DNA from: an uncultured Methanosarcinales archaeon
GTDB taxonomy: Archaea; Halobacteriota; Methanosarcinia; Methanotrichales; Methanotrichaceae
Assembly (NCBI GenBank): GCA_963843555.1
Contig: CAWJKV010000005.1
Span: forward strand, 64,001 to 128,000
DNA: 64,000 bases
Direction of reading: 5' to 3'
Below are positions 43,971 through 55,183 of this stretch, in pieces. The notes beneath the pieces are model-generated. The model saw nothing but the letters and a program-made list of their open reading frames with translations. It ran no database searches and was not told the origin of the DNA. The translations under genes and the position numbers were made by a program. Each line of letters starts with the position of its first letter. The first letter of the stretch is position 1.

Positions 43971-44516
43971 CTAGAGAGAGAATCCTGCCAGGTCTTCGTA
44001 GATGGGGCCTCCGCGGGTCAACTTGCTCTTCTTAAGGCTGAATCGTTCTACGTTGAAGCGGCCCAGCTCCACTGCACCGAGGGAGGCGATCTTTGGCCTG
44101 AGCTCGCGATTCGTCTCCGGTCCTGGCCGGCTCACGCGACCCAGGGTCATATGGGGGCTGAAGCCTCTCGCCTCGCGCTCAAAGCCGACGGGGCCTAGAG
44201 CCGATTCCACCTTCTCATAAAGCTCATCGAAGTCTCCTTCCAGGCCCAGCCAAACGACACGCACGTCTCGACCGGGAAAAGTGCCCATGCCAGCGACGTG
44301 GGCGGGAAAGGGCGCCATCATAACTTTGCTGAGAGCCTCTTTCACCCGTCCCACCTCTGTTTCAGGCACATCTCCCAGGAACTTGATGGTGACATGCACT
44401 AACTCCGGCCGAACAAGCCGCAAACCTTCCGTCGCGATCTGGCTTTGCAGGCGCCCTATCGCGTCAAGCATCTCTCCCGGCAGGTCCACCGCCACAAAGC
44501 ACCTGATTCCGTTCAT
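43971..44516 (-). CDS. thpR: RNA 2',3'-cyclic phosphodiesterase (2H family)
   Basis: [28 protein letters not shown]. Confidence 0.92.
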   Translation of the reverse strand: MNGIRCFVAVDLPGEMLDAIGRLQSQIATEGLRLVRPELVHVTIKFLGDVPETEVGRVKEALSKVMMAPFPAHVAGMGTFPGRDVRVVWLGLEGDFDELYEKVESALGPVGFEREARGFSPHMTLGRVSRPGPETNRELRPKIASLGAVELGRFNVERFSLKKSKLTRGGPIYEDLAGFSL

Positions 44517-46160
44517 CTGAGTACACTGCCTTTGCTGGCCGAAGTAACAGAATTTCTGTAGCGGGCCAGGACGCCCGTCTTTATCACGGGCTCCGGTGCG
44601 GTCCACGCCTTCCGGCGCGTCTCCAGCTCCGCGGCATCGACGAGCAGATCGATCTTGCGCGCAGGTATATCAATTCGGATCATGTCGCCCTGCCGGACCA
44701 GGGCAATTGGTCCACCCACTGCGGCCTCCGGCGAGACATGGCCAATGCAGGGACCGCGGGTTCCGCCGCTGAACCGGCCGTCGGTGATGAGGGCCACAGA
44801 CTCGCTCAGGCCTGCGCCCGCGATGGCCGACGTCGGTGCCAGTGTCTCCCGCATGCCCGGGCCGCCTTTTGGCCCTTCATATCTTATTATCACGACATCC
44901 CCGGGCTTCACGCCACCTGCCACGATGCCCGCCATGGACTCCTCCTCGGAGTCGTAGACCACAGCGGGGCCGGAATGCTTGAGCATGGAATTGGATACCG
45001 CCGTCTGTTTGACCACCGCCCCTTCGGGGGCCAGGCTGCCGTGCATTATGGCAATCCCACCTTCAGCGTGCACGGGCGCATCGAGGGTGGCGATGATGCT
45101 GGCATTGGCTTTGGGATTGATGGGCTTGAAGGCATCCAGGTTCTCGCCCAGTCCTTTGCCTGTGACCGTGAGTGCATCCAGAGAGAGCAGGGAGCGAAGC
45201 CTGCTCATGATGGCCGGAATGCCTCCCGCCCGGTCCAGATCGAGAATATGATGAGGGCCGCCCGGCCGGAGGTTGACCAGATGGGGTGTATCCCGGCTCA
45301 GCTGATCGAAGCGGTCCAAATTCAGATCCAGTCCGAACTCAGCCGCGATAGCCATCATGTGCAAAACGGTATTTGTGGATCCACCTATGGCCATATCCAC
45401 TCGAATGGCGTTGTCCAGTGAGGCATTCGTGACTATCTGCCGGGCAGTTATGCCGCGCTCTACCAGCTCCATAATCTTCATGCCCGACTGTTTTGCATAT
45501 CGAATCTTGCAGCGCGTCCACGGCATGAGTGGTAGCGCATCCCGGCAAGCTCAAGCCCATGGCTTCGGTGAGGCAGGCCATGGTATTGGCAGTAAAAAGC
45601 CCGGCGCATGAGCCGGCTCCAGGACAGGCCATCTCCTCCAGGGCGTTCAGCGTCTCGCCTCCCGCCTGCCATCCCTCGAAGACGTTGATCAGATCCAGCT
45701 CCTTGTCGCAGGCAAAGCCGGGCATCATGGGCCCGCCCGTGATGACGATGGTGGGCAGGTCCAGTCTTCCCGCAGCCATGATGTGGCCGGGCACTATCTT
45801 GTCGCAGGAAGGGATCATAACCAGCCCGTCAAGCTGATGGGCCTCGGCCATGATCTCGATGGAGTCTTCGATCAGCTCGCGACTGGGCAGAGAATATCTC
45901 ATGCCCTTATGGCCCATGGCAATACCGTCGCAGACGCCTATGGTCTGGAATTCGAAGGGCACGCCACCGGCAGAGCGTATGCCCGCCTTCACTGCCTGCC
46001 CCAGCTTGTCAAGGTGAATGTGCCCGGGTATAAACTCATTATAAGAGTTGACAACGCCGATGAAGGGACGGCGAATCTCTTCATCGCATAGGCCAGTGGC
46101 CTTGAAAAGAGCCCTATGAGGCGCCCTCTCTCTGCCTACTTTGGTGACATCGCTCCTCAT
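44513..46160 (-). CDS. ilvD: Dihydroxy-acid dehydratase (frameshift near 45510)
   Basis: [55 protein letters not shown]. Confidence 0.95.
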
Positions 46161-46362
46161 CCTAAAACCTCATTTGAGCCTTTGTCACTTTTCCGTTTAA
46201 GTAGTTGCTGATCTTCAATTTATCGATAAAAAGACTTGCTTCTACAACGAATTGCTTTTGCGAAGAATCAAAAGCATCATGATTTGCAGGAAGCCGTCTC
46301 TCCACCATCTCGTCCCACAAGTTAAATACCACGAGATACTAGCCGCCAGAGGTGGTTTAACC

Positions 46363-48255
46363 GTGGATGCCTACTCGTTCTTCCTGGTGTTCCTCGCAAT
46401 CTACATAGCCGTCTTGCTCGCCATCGGCCTCTACTTATCTCGTCGACAAAAGTCTGTGACGGACTTCTGGCTGGCAGGAAGAGAGCTCGGGCCGATCAGC
46501 ATCGGATTTTCTGCGGCATCCGCGTGGATAACGGCGAGTGCACTGCTCCTGGCCACAGGGCTGTTTCTTCTCATCGGCATAGGTTCGATATGGATCTGGG
46601 TCTTCCCCAACATTGCCGGGCTGATCATAATAGCCGCGATCTCAGGAAGGATCAAGAACATTCCTGCTCTGACCCAGCCTGAGCTCATGGAGATAAGATA
46701 CGACCCCATGATCCGGGCGCCGGTGGCCGTGGCCGTCACCATCATGATGATACTCTTCTCGGTGACTGATTTCATCGGTTTCAAGCTGGTCCTGGGGACC
46801 TTCTTCGGCATCGAGCCCTTCTTCGCCATCGCCATTATGGCCGTATCAGTCGCCCTTTACGTCAGTGTGGGCGGCTTTCGCGCCGTGGTCTGGACCGATA
46901 TTTTGCAGTATATTCTGTTGGCAGGCCTGGCGGTGTATGTGGCCACACTGGTTCTGGACCTATCTGCCAAGAAGGGTGTCTCTTTGATCGAGGCCTCTTC
47001 AATGCTTGGCACAGACTGGTGGGATCTCTTCGTCCTGGGAGGCTTGATGGGGGCTCTGGTCTTCATGGTGGCCCTCTTGCCGGGATGGGTTGCAGAGCAG
47101 GATCCCTGGCAGAAGGTCTGGGCGGCGCGCGACGAACGCTCCGCGAAGAGAGGGCTCTTGCTTGGTGCTGCACTGCTGGCTTTGGTCTATCTTTGCTGCC
47201 TGCTCACAGCCATCGGCCTTTCTGTGCTCTATCCCCGGCCTGCAGGAGAGGTAGAGGCGGAGATGCTCTACCTCAGAGTCATCAGCGATAACGTATCGGG
47301 ATGGCTCCTGGGCCTGCTGACCATAGGCTTTGCCGCAGCCTCGATGTCCTGCACGGACACCTTTGCCACGTCTGGAGCCTCCTGTATCTCCCGGGATCTG
47401 ATCCAGCGGCACCTCTGGCCCACAGCCACCATGAAAGAGATGCTGATTGTCAACAGGATACTGGTGATAATCATGATCGGCATCTCGGCGTTAATCGCGT
47501 TGAATGTGAACAGCATCATGGATGCGGTAATCATCGCCACGGTCATAGGCACCACATCCTACTTCTTCCCCATTATCGGCGGGCTCTACTGGAAACGAGC
47601 CACCAAGTGGGGGGCCATGGCAGCGCTCATAGTCGGCGGCGGAACGCAGATCCTGCTCGTCTCCTATGAGCAATTCTGGCTGAAACAGCCTCTGGACAGC
47701 ATCTCGCCTCTGCTCACGGAGCACGGAGTGCTTGTCGGCCTGACATTGAGCGCTCTATTCTTCGTCGGCGTCTCGCTGGTCACGCGACCGACAGAGGATA
47801 TTCGCCTCGCGCCGTTCTTTCCTGAGGTCGCAGAGAAGGTCTTTGACAGCGGCCTTCCAGGAGTGGACAAGAAGGGCGCGCGCTACCATGAGGTCATCAT
47901 GCAGATCGAGGAGAAGATGGCAGGAGACCGCACTCACCTCAACCTCGCTATCGCGCACGCGAACGTCGACGGCGCTGCCGGGGCAGAGGAGCTGAAATGG
48001 GAGCCGTTCGTGGAGAAGCTGAAGGACATGCATTCCTCCTGGTTCACGCCCACGGGGAGCCACATCGTCTACCGGCTCTCTCAGGCGGATATGCTGGCCT
48101 GCGTCAAGATGGTGCGCGGCGATTCCAGCCAGATCTGGCTCTCAGCCGAGCCGACGCGCGAACAGAACGAAAGACAAAAGGATGAGCTCTATTTGGCATA
48201 TGAGGAGATAGGGGATGCACTGCGGGAGTTCGGCATGACCATCCTCGATCCAGAC
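46363..48255 (+). CDS. Sodium:solute symporter family protein with C-terminal soluble extension
   Basis: FWLAGR, GGFRAVVWTD, WQKVWAA, AASMSCTD, ~13 TMs; 3' end uncertain because it reads into the next gene. Confidence 0.85.
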
Positions 48256-49421
48256 ATGAGGGAAGATATTCAGGTAGCAGTGGTCGGCGCGGGGCCGGCG
48301 GGCAGCACTGCCGCAGAAGTTGCCGCGCAGGGATGCAAAGGTAGTGCTCATCGATCAGAAGAGCGAGATAGGAAGCCCCGTGCAGTGCGGTGGCTTCCTT
48401 CCTGAACCCTGCGAGCTGGTGCGGCTTATGCCCCGCGCCCGCCTGCCCCAGACGCTAATTGAGATTCCGGAACGCTGCATACTGCACCGCACCAGATTGC
48501 AGCGCATCTATTCTCCCTCTGGAAAGGGCAAGGAGTTTCCCGTGGCGGGCAGGGTTTTGGACCGCCGCGCCTTCGATCGCCACCTTGCCAGCCGGGCGGC
48601 TCGCGCGGGAGCTCGGATCCTTCCCGCGACGCGCGCAAATCTCAGCGAGGGCACATTGCAGCTTTCCGGACGCTTCTCCGGAGCCATGCGGCCGCAGGTA
48701 ATAATAGGTGCAGACGGTCCGCACTCGATCGTCTCCCGCGCCATGGGAAATCCTGGCCAGGAGCTGGGCATCTGCCTGGAATATGAGATGGTCGATGTAA
48801 AGATCGATGCCGATGCGGCAGAGATGTACTTCTCGGCAAATTTTGCTCCAGGCGGCTACGCCTGGATAATTCCTCTGGGACCGGACACGGCCAATGTGGG
48901 AGTAGGCGTTCGGGCATCGTACCTGGCGGGCCGAAAGCTTCCCGATATTCTGGACAGGTTTGTCAAAGAGCATCCTATTGCCGCGAAGAAGCTGGGATGC
49001 GGTGAAGTCTTGGCCGTCATGCGCGGTCTCGTGCCCGCGGGCGGGTCCCCAGGCAGTGATTCAGAAGAGCAACATGCTACTGGCCGGAGACGCTGCCGGC
49101 CACGTCATGGCCACCAGTGGAGGGGGCATACCCTTGGCCATGGTAGCTGGAAGGATAGCGGGCGATGCTGCAATCGGGCATTTGCAGGACGGGGTGCCTC
49201 TGCAGGAGTACCCGTCGCGCATCCGCGAAGAGTTTGGAATAGAGTTGTCGCGATCGGTGCAGATAAGGAAAATGGTGGATATGGCCATGAAGAGCGACTC
49301 TCTCATGAATGCCCTCTTTGCGACCTTGAGCCCCAGCCAGATGAAATCTGTAATGCGCGCCCAGATCCCCCTGCCTCTCCAGGCGTGCGAACGATCTGAC
49401 GATTCGTTCCGGACAGTCTAA
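48256..49421 (+). CDS. Geranylgeranyl reductase family (digeranylgeranylglycerophospholipid reductase-like; frameshifted)
   Basis: VVGAGPAGS, PVQCG, GADG, PGGYAWIIP, GDAAG..SGGGI. Confidence 0.88.
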
Positions 49422-49519
49422 TCAGGGAACGCACCAGGGGCAGAGTTATCCAGATTTTATAAAACCAAAAGAGAACACCGCGGAAGGATGGCATGACCAT
49501 CCCCGCCAAAATTGCAGAT

Positions 49520-49921
49520 CTATTCCTTTTTCTCTTCTTTGGGAGCCTTGCCCAGCAGCTCCTCCACGGACTTGGCCCCGATCTCCACTACCTTGACATT
49601 TATCTGGCCAATATCGGGAGAGATATCCCTTCCGTGAATGCTCATCCTCTTCTTCTTTCCTTCGGCGACAGGGTGATACCCGGTTCCAGTCGATAACAGG
49701 ATTTTTCTGCGCTTTGTGCCGGGAAGGTCTGCACGCATGGGAAATCCTTCGCGATCGCTACCGCCCGTGACCTGTACCGAATAGCCGGGCATGCCCAGGA
49801 TATCTCCTTCGATCTTGTCGCCAATGTGTTTTCCCAGAAGCTTGCCGGCTCCTGGATCCTTAAGCTCCACCTGATAGGCCTTACCGCTCTTGGGATCTGA
49901 GACTACAACCCTAAAATCCAT
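49520..49921 (-). CDS. rps6e: 30S ribosomal protein S6e
   Basis: VVSDPK, TGGSDREGFPMR, GKKKR, QINVK. Confidence 0.95.
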   Translation of the reverse strand: MDFRVVVSDPKSGKAYQVELKDPGAGKLLGKHIGDKIEGDILGMPGYSVQVTGGSDREGFPMRADLPGTKRRKILLSTGTGYHPVAEGKKKRMSIHGRDISPDIGQINVKVVEIGAKSVEELLGKAPKEEKKE

Positions 49922-49933
49922 CTTTCTTCCTCA

Positions 49934-51031
49934 TCATGTAAATGTGATGTTGAGTCTAGAGATCGATGCTCTATAAAACCTTATCTTGTCGGGAAAGGAG
50001 TTTTCCGAGCAGGATTGATGATTACGCCTTGCGCGAATCATTTCAGCATCTGTCATCCTGGAGTAGTCCACCAGCATGGATATGGGCGCGGTCTCGATTT
50101 TTCCTCCCAGCTCCTCGGCGGCCACCATCCCGTTGACACCAGCATAGAAGGCTATGCCGATCTTGCCCGAAGCCACGGGGCACCCCAGGATGGGCTCCGC
50201 TGGACCACCGATCTTTATGAGCCCGCCAAAGCCCGCGGCCTGAGACTCTTCCAGAAGCTCGCAGGCATGTTCCGCTGCCGCGACGGGCACCTCCCGAACG
50301 TTGGCCAGCACCCGTCCCGTGCCTTTAAAGATGGCATTTGCCACACTCGTCACCCTGCGGCCCATGAACACCTTAATGGGATCGAGGGACGAGCCAGCAT
50401 AGGCGATGAGGTCGGTGAACTCCCCTGGCTGCTTTTCCCTGACTTCCGCCAGCCCAGCGAAGCTGGTGAGAACTGGAATGCCCTTATTCAGGAGCATGCC
50501 GTCCAGAGTGATACTGCATACCGTCGCCACGCCCAAGGACCCTGCAGGAATCTCCAAAGAGGAGAGAGTATCTCCTTCATCCAGGACCAGCGCCCTCCGG
50601 CTTATGGTATAACCTGCATCGAAGGCATAGCCCAGGATCTCGAAAACCTCTTCAGCGTTCGCCTTATCGATGATGCTGGTATTGGCGATGACTTCACCTT
50701 GTCCGGTCAGAGGATCAAAACTGGTCTTGAACATATATTCTTCAATCCTCGTATTCACAAAACCGATCCGGTCGTCCACAAGGGCATCGCTCAGCTCCCT
50801 TGAGCCGAGAGGCGTAATCACCCGGCCGCTGTAGCCGCTCTTCATGGTAAATCCCAGCTCATCGAGGATCTTGAGGTTGTAGCGCACCGCCCTCTCCCCC
50901 AGGTCATAGCCGCGATTGCATAGAGAATCCGAGATCGCCCTCGCCCCGACTGGCGAGCCCGCGCTTTCGATAACTCTGAGGATCTCTATGAGCCTGCGCT
51001 GGCTCATATGCGTCTTGGTGAGCAGCTTCAT
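49934..51031 (-). CDS. nrpR: NrpR-family nitrogen regulator (wHTH plus a single NRD/DUF128 domain)
   Basis: IEILR..PVGA..GYDLGERAVRY, TVCSITLDG, GSSLDP, ANVRE; 3' end may be frameshifted. Confidence 0.85.
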   Translation of the reverse strand: MKLLTKTHMSQRRLIEILRVIESAGSPVGARAISDSLCNRGYDLGERAVRYNLKILDELGFTMKSGYSGRVITPLGSRELSDALVDDRIGFVNTRIEEYMFKTSFDPLTGQGEVIANTSIIDKANAEEVFEILGYAFDAGYTISRRALVLDEGDTLSSLEIPAGSLGVATVCSITLDGMLLNKGIPVLTSFAGLAEVREKQPGEFTDLIAYAGSSLDPIKVFMGRRVTSVANAIFKGTGRVLANVREVPVAAAEHACELLEESQAAGFGGLIKIGGPAEPILGCPVASGKIGIAFYAGVNGMVAAEELGGKIETAPISMLVDYSRMTDAEMIRARRNHQSCSENSFPDKIRFYRASISRLNITFT

Positions 51032-51140
51032 CTCCTTTGATCCTCCGGGAAAGGCCATATATATCTTATGCGGATAACTAGCTGCCCGAGCTGGAGATGC
51101 CCGGGCCTGCAGACCAGCCAAATAAGCCTTGCAAGATTAT

Positions 51141-51213
51141 AGTCCCGTGGGGTAGCGGTCAATCCTGAGGGCCTTTGGAGCCCGCGACGGCGGTTCGAAT
51201 CCGCCCGGGACTA
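51141..51213 (+). tRNA. tRNA-Gln(TTG)
   Basis: AGTCCCG/CGGGACT acceptor stem, anticodon loop CTTTGGA, GGTTCGAATCC. Confidence 0.95.
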
Positions 51214-51307
51214 CTTTCAACTCAAGCGCATCAGAAACGTAGATATATCTGGCCGAGTATCATGAGGAGAGGGCCAGGCGGTTTGATTTATGATGCTAGA
51301 GTCAATT

Positions 51308-51382
51308 GCTCCGGTAGTGTAGCCCGGCCAATCATTTCGGCCTTTCAAGCCGAAGACTCGGGTTCAAATCCCGGCCGGAGCA
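51308..51382 (+). tRNA. tRNA-Glu(TTC)
   Basis: GCTCCGG/CCGGAGC acceptor stem, TTCGG-C-CTTTCAA-GCCGAA anticodon arm, GGTTCAAATCC. Confidence 0.95.
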
Positions 51383-51967
51383 TTTTTACCACAATTTTTC
51401 TTGATTATTATATCGCGGGATCGCCGACCCCATGATGGTCAGCCACTCTTGGGCATCGATTTGTGGCAAATTCACTTGGTTTGCGGCAAGTAATCTTGAT
51501 TTGCTGCCCAGGAGTATTTGCCCAGGAGTATTGAATGCCGAATATCCCGCTGCGAATTATCCACCCAGTATTCGGATACAGGACCTTTTTGGCGCGCATT
51601 ATCAAGGACTAATGCGGAGTGAAGAAGACGGCATCTTGGCAGCACCGCCCAGTAACAAAGACCCTTAGTTTCTACAACTTTGGATAGAAAAAGGACCTAC
51701 AAATATCGATTTTTAAAATAAATACCCGACACGTTTATATTCCATAAGCCGTTAAGAGGTGCTTGTGCCTGAGCAAAATACTCAAATATAAGCCGAGAAG
51801 CATGAGGATCAGGTACTCCACACCGCCAGCGGCATTTCAACTGCCTCTGCTTGGACCTAATGCCAAGCGAGGGTAATAACCCGTTGTCGGATGGTGCCAA
51901 TGGATTTGGGCCTCTGCGGACGGCTTAGATCTATGCATTGATGGTAAACTAAGGAGGTGGGAAAGAA

Positions 51968-52696
51968 ATGAGGAAACTAATAGCTGTTTTGGTTATTATC
52001 GCCATGGCCGTAGTAGGCATGGCCGGTGCAGCCAACTATATGTACGAAAAGGCATCGGTCAAGGGCGTTGGATACAAGAACGTAGAGATGATCGTTTCAA
52101 CCCAGACTGGTTTTGCAGGCCAGAAGCTGGTAGAGAAAGAGTCCGGATCCGGTAACGTAATCACCGAGAGGACTGAGCTCGAAGCCGAGAGGCAGCTTGG
52201 CAAGAATGGTCTCGTCCTAGCCGATTGCCTGTACCCAACCGGTGGCTGCGCCATGGACTACATCAACTTCACCAAGGAAGCTGAGTTCGAGTACATGCCC
52301 GTATCTTACCAGACCGGAACCTACGACCAGAAGTGGGTCGAGAAACTCTGCGTCCAGAACTACAGGATCGGCGCTGTGCTGACTGAGATGTACACCCATG
52401 CTGAGCACCTGCAGAAGACCACTGAGGTCAAGACCAGGGGCTACGCCAACAACTGCGTAACAAACTGCTGCACAGGTGTACTCGAGGCTAACCTCAACAG
52501 CAATGTAATCGGCGTTGCTCACATCGGATGGATCTCCAGGGATCCCATGGCTGACAACCAGCTCAAGGGTCGCCATGCCGAGTACGGCAGATCCGTCGAG
52601 GACCTGACTGGTGTCTTCTCCATCGAGAAGTTCATCCAGCTCTGGGGCAACTCCACATGCGGCGCAATCAGCGTTGACTGGCTGCCCTGCGTGTAA
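51968..52696 (+). CDS. Secreted Cys-rich hypothetical protein, paralog 1
   Basis: RBS AAGGAGGT, signal peptide ending AGA, 8 Cys, ends DWLPCV. Confidence 0.9.
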   Translation: MRKLIAVLVIIAMAVVGMAGAANYMYEKASVKGVGYKNVEMIVSTQTGFAGQKLVEKESGSGNVITERTELEAERQLGKNGLVLADCLYPTGGCAMDYINFTKEAEFEYMPVSYQTGTYDQKWVEKLCVQNYRIGAVLTEMYTHAEHLQKTTEVKTRGYANNCVTNCCTGVLEANLNSNVIGVAHIGWISRDPMADNQLKGRHAEYGRSVEDLTGVFSIEKFIQLWGNSTCGAISVDWLPCV

Positions 52697-52722
52697 ATAG
52701 ATAAAACTGAATCGTCAGATTT

Positions 52723-52770
52723 GGCTCCGGGCTTGATTGCCCGGAGTTCATATTATATTTCGCGTTTTTA
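52723..52770 (+). terminator. Hairpin plus T-rich tract, duplicated after paralog 2
   Basis: CTCCGGGC-ttgatt-GCCCGGAG; near-identical copy at ~54021-54042. Confidence 0.6.
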
Positions 52771-53257
52771 TTGAAGTAGTAACCTTGCATCGAACGTTCT
52801 TTTTGCGAAAATATCGTCACCCAGATGGGGCGCCGATATATTAAGTGCATTATTCTGGATAACATGTCCCTAGAACCATGCGACCTCAGGTGAGTTTCGC
52901 CCTGCCCGGAGGTGAAAACAGGCATGTCGTGCGTGAATATTAGATGATCAAATTACAGAATTCATGCTCGATAGGTTTATATGTCAGTAATCTAATGTGG
53001 AAGGTTGTGCCTGAAGAACATTTTCAAATGCCCGATGAAAATCATGGGACCAGGCGCCTCACGCCGGATAGGATAGCACTTGACGCTTTCGGCAGATGTA
53101 TCAAAACTGAGCCGAACCAAGCGGTTTCACTCTTCTGGTGGAACGATCCCGGATCTTTGATCTGGGGCATATCTGATCCAATCGGGGTGATGTACTGAAG
53201 GATCATTCGTTGCTGTCAAGCAGCATTCGATCCTCATGTAAAGGAGGTGGGAAAGAA

Positions 53258-53992
53258 ATGAGAAAACTAATAGCTGTTTTGGTTATTATCGCCATGGCCG
53301 TAGTAGGCATGGCCGGTGCAGCCAACTATATGTACGAAAAGGCATCGGTCAAGGGCGTTGGATACAAGAACGTAGAGATGATCATTTCCACACAGACTGG
53401 CTTTGCCGGCCAGAAGCTGGTAGAGAAAGAGTCCGGATCCGGTAACGTGATCACCGAGAGGACTGAGATCGAAGCCGAGAGGCAGCTCGGCAGAGACGGC
53501 CTCGTTCTTGCTGGCAATTGCATTTACCCAACCGGCAATGCTTGCGCCATGGACTACATCAACTTCACTAAGGAAGCTGAGTTCGAGTACATGCCCGTAT
53601 CTTACCAGACCGGAACCTACGACCAGAAGTGGGTCGAGAAACTCTGCGTCCAGAACTACAGGATCGGCGCTGTGCTGACTGAAATGTACACCCATGCTGA
53701 GCACCTGCAGAAGACCACTGAGGTCAAGACCAGGGGCTACGCCAATAACTGTGTAACAAACTGCTGCACAGGTGTACTCGAGGCTAACCTCAACAGCAAC
53801 GTAATCGGCGTTGCCCACATCGGATGGATCTCCAGGGACCCCATGGCTGACCCACAGCTCAAGGGCCGCCATGCCGAGTATGGCAGATCTGTCGAGGACC
53901 TGACTGGCGTCTTCTCCATCGAGAAGTTCATCCAGCTCTGGGGCAACTCCACATGCGGCGCAATCAGCGTTGACTGGCTGCCCTGCGTGTAA
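53258..53992 (+). CDS. Secreted Cys-rich hypothetical protein, paralog 2 (near-identical to paralog 1)
   Basis: Same RBS and signal peptide; differs mainly in one loop. Confidence 0.9.
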   Translation: MRKLIAVLVIIAMAVVGMAGAANYMYEKASVKGVGYKNVEMIISTQTGFAGQKLVEKESGSGNVITERTEIEAERQLGRDGLVLAGNCIYPTGNACAMDYINFTKEAEFEYMPVSYQTGTYDQKWVEKLCVQNYRIGAVLTEMYTHAEHLQKTTEVKTRGYANNCVTNCCTGVLEANLNSNVIGVAHIGWISRDPMADPQLKGRHAEYGRSVEDLTGVFSIEKFIQLWGNSTCGAISVDWLPCV

Positions 53993-54353
53993 ATAGACAA
54001 AACTGAAATCTCAAATCAGGCTCCGGGCTCGATTGCCCGGAGTTCATATTATATTTTTGACTTTATTATTATCTCAGAATCTATTTTAATCATTTCTGGA
54101 TTCAGTCTCAAATATGAGCGGTAGTAGTAATTCCAAAAGCACAATTGTGCTATTCTCTTCCAAGAAGCTCATCCGCATAGGCAGCTCCCCTGGCGCTAGC
54201 TGCCTTAAGTGTTGATTATGAACAACAGATAGATTTATATCAAATAAAAGCATCAGCTTATAATTGTAGCTCAAGTCTCGGCTTTACGGCCGAAAGGGAT
54301 CTACATCTAAAGGGATCAATAACTGTTACGTCAACATCGGGGGTGAATGTAGC

Positions 54354-55130
54354 ATGAAGGGAGTAGTAGTAGTAATTGCAATTGCCCTTATGGGGCTATG
54401 CGGCACTGTGGTGGCCACTCCGCCTTTAGTTCCGCCCGTACAGTATGAGCAATTCTGTGAAAACCAAAAAGTATCCGGAACAGGGATTATCGATGTCAGT
54501 AGCTCGATAATCGACAAAAAAATCGCTCTTGAATACTTCAGCACCATGAATGGTGACGGCGACCTCGAGCTCGATCAGGAGACCGCCTATTCGCAGAATG
54601 CTGACAAGCTCATGAGGAATATATCCACGGTCAACAATGGAAACAAGTCCAACCTGAACCTTGTCCAGGCTACCAAGATGACCTACAAAGGCGAAACGCC
54701 CTTGACCGGCGGAAAACTCATCAATTCCAAGGCCTTCTATGGAGGTATGGGCGCTAATGTGCAGGAGCTATTCTCGGTGAATGAGATGGAGCAGGATGAG
54801 ACCGCGTTCTTCTCCTCAACCACGCCATACAATCCACCAGGAATGACGCCCGAGAATCTCATTGGCGCGCTCAAGGATGCTGGTAGAGATACGGATGCAG
54901 TTGGCCAGCTGATGGGTAACAACCCGGCTCACCTGGTTGGAATCGAGACCAAGAACACCTTCAACGGCACATGGGGCACCGACGCAAGCTGGCACAAGAT
55001 ATTCTACAAGGATATCAAAGCTCACGAGATGTTCACAGGAACATTCGAAGCCGAGAAGACCATAAAGTTCCATGAGAATCCGGTACCTGAGACGGATTCA
55101 CAAGCACCTTGCGAAGGCATAGACTGCTAG
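54354..55130 (+). CDS. Secreted hypothetical protein, distant member of the same family
   Basis: Signal peptide; ENQKVSGTG..GDG at the N-terminus and EMFTGTFEAEKTI near the C-terminus; ends PCEGIDC. Confidence 0.85.
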   Translation: MKGVVVVIAIALMGLCGTVVATPPLVPPVQYEQFCENQKVSGTGIIDVSSSIIDKKIALEYFSTMNGDGDLELDQETAYSQNADKLMRNISTVNNGNKSNLNLVQATKMTYKGETPLTGGKLINSKAFYGGMGANVQELFSVNEMEQDETAFFSSTTPYNPPGMTPENLIGALKDAGRDTDAVGQLMGNNPAHLVGIETKNTFNGTWGTDASWHKIFYKDIKAHEMFTGTFEAEKTIKFHENPVPETDSQAPCEGIDC

Positions 55131-55183
55131 GCTGAAATAGCTCAGCAGTTTTTCTTTTTTTAGGGCTTTATTGGGGGATTAGC

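Noticed and set aside
45339..45530. Programmed frameshifting or pseudogenisation of ilvD and other split genes
   Set aside because: Breaks are too frequent and scattered across unrelated genes; sequencing error is more parsimonious
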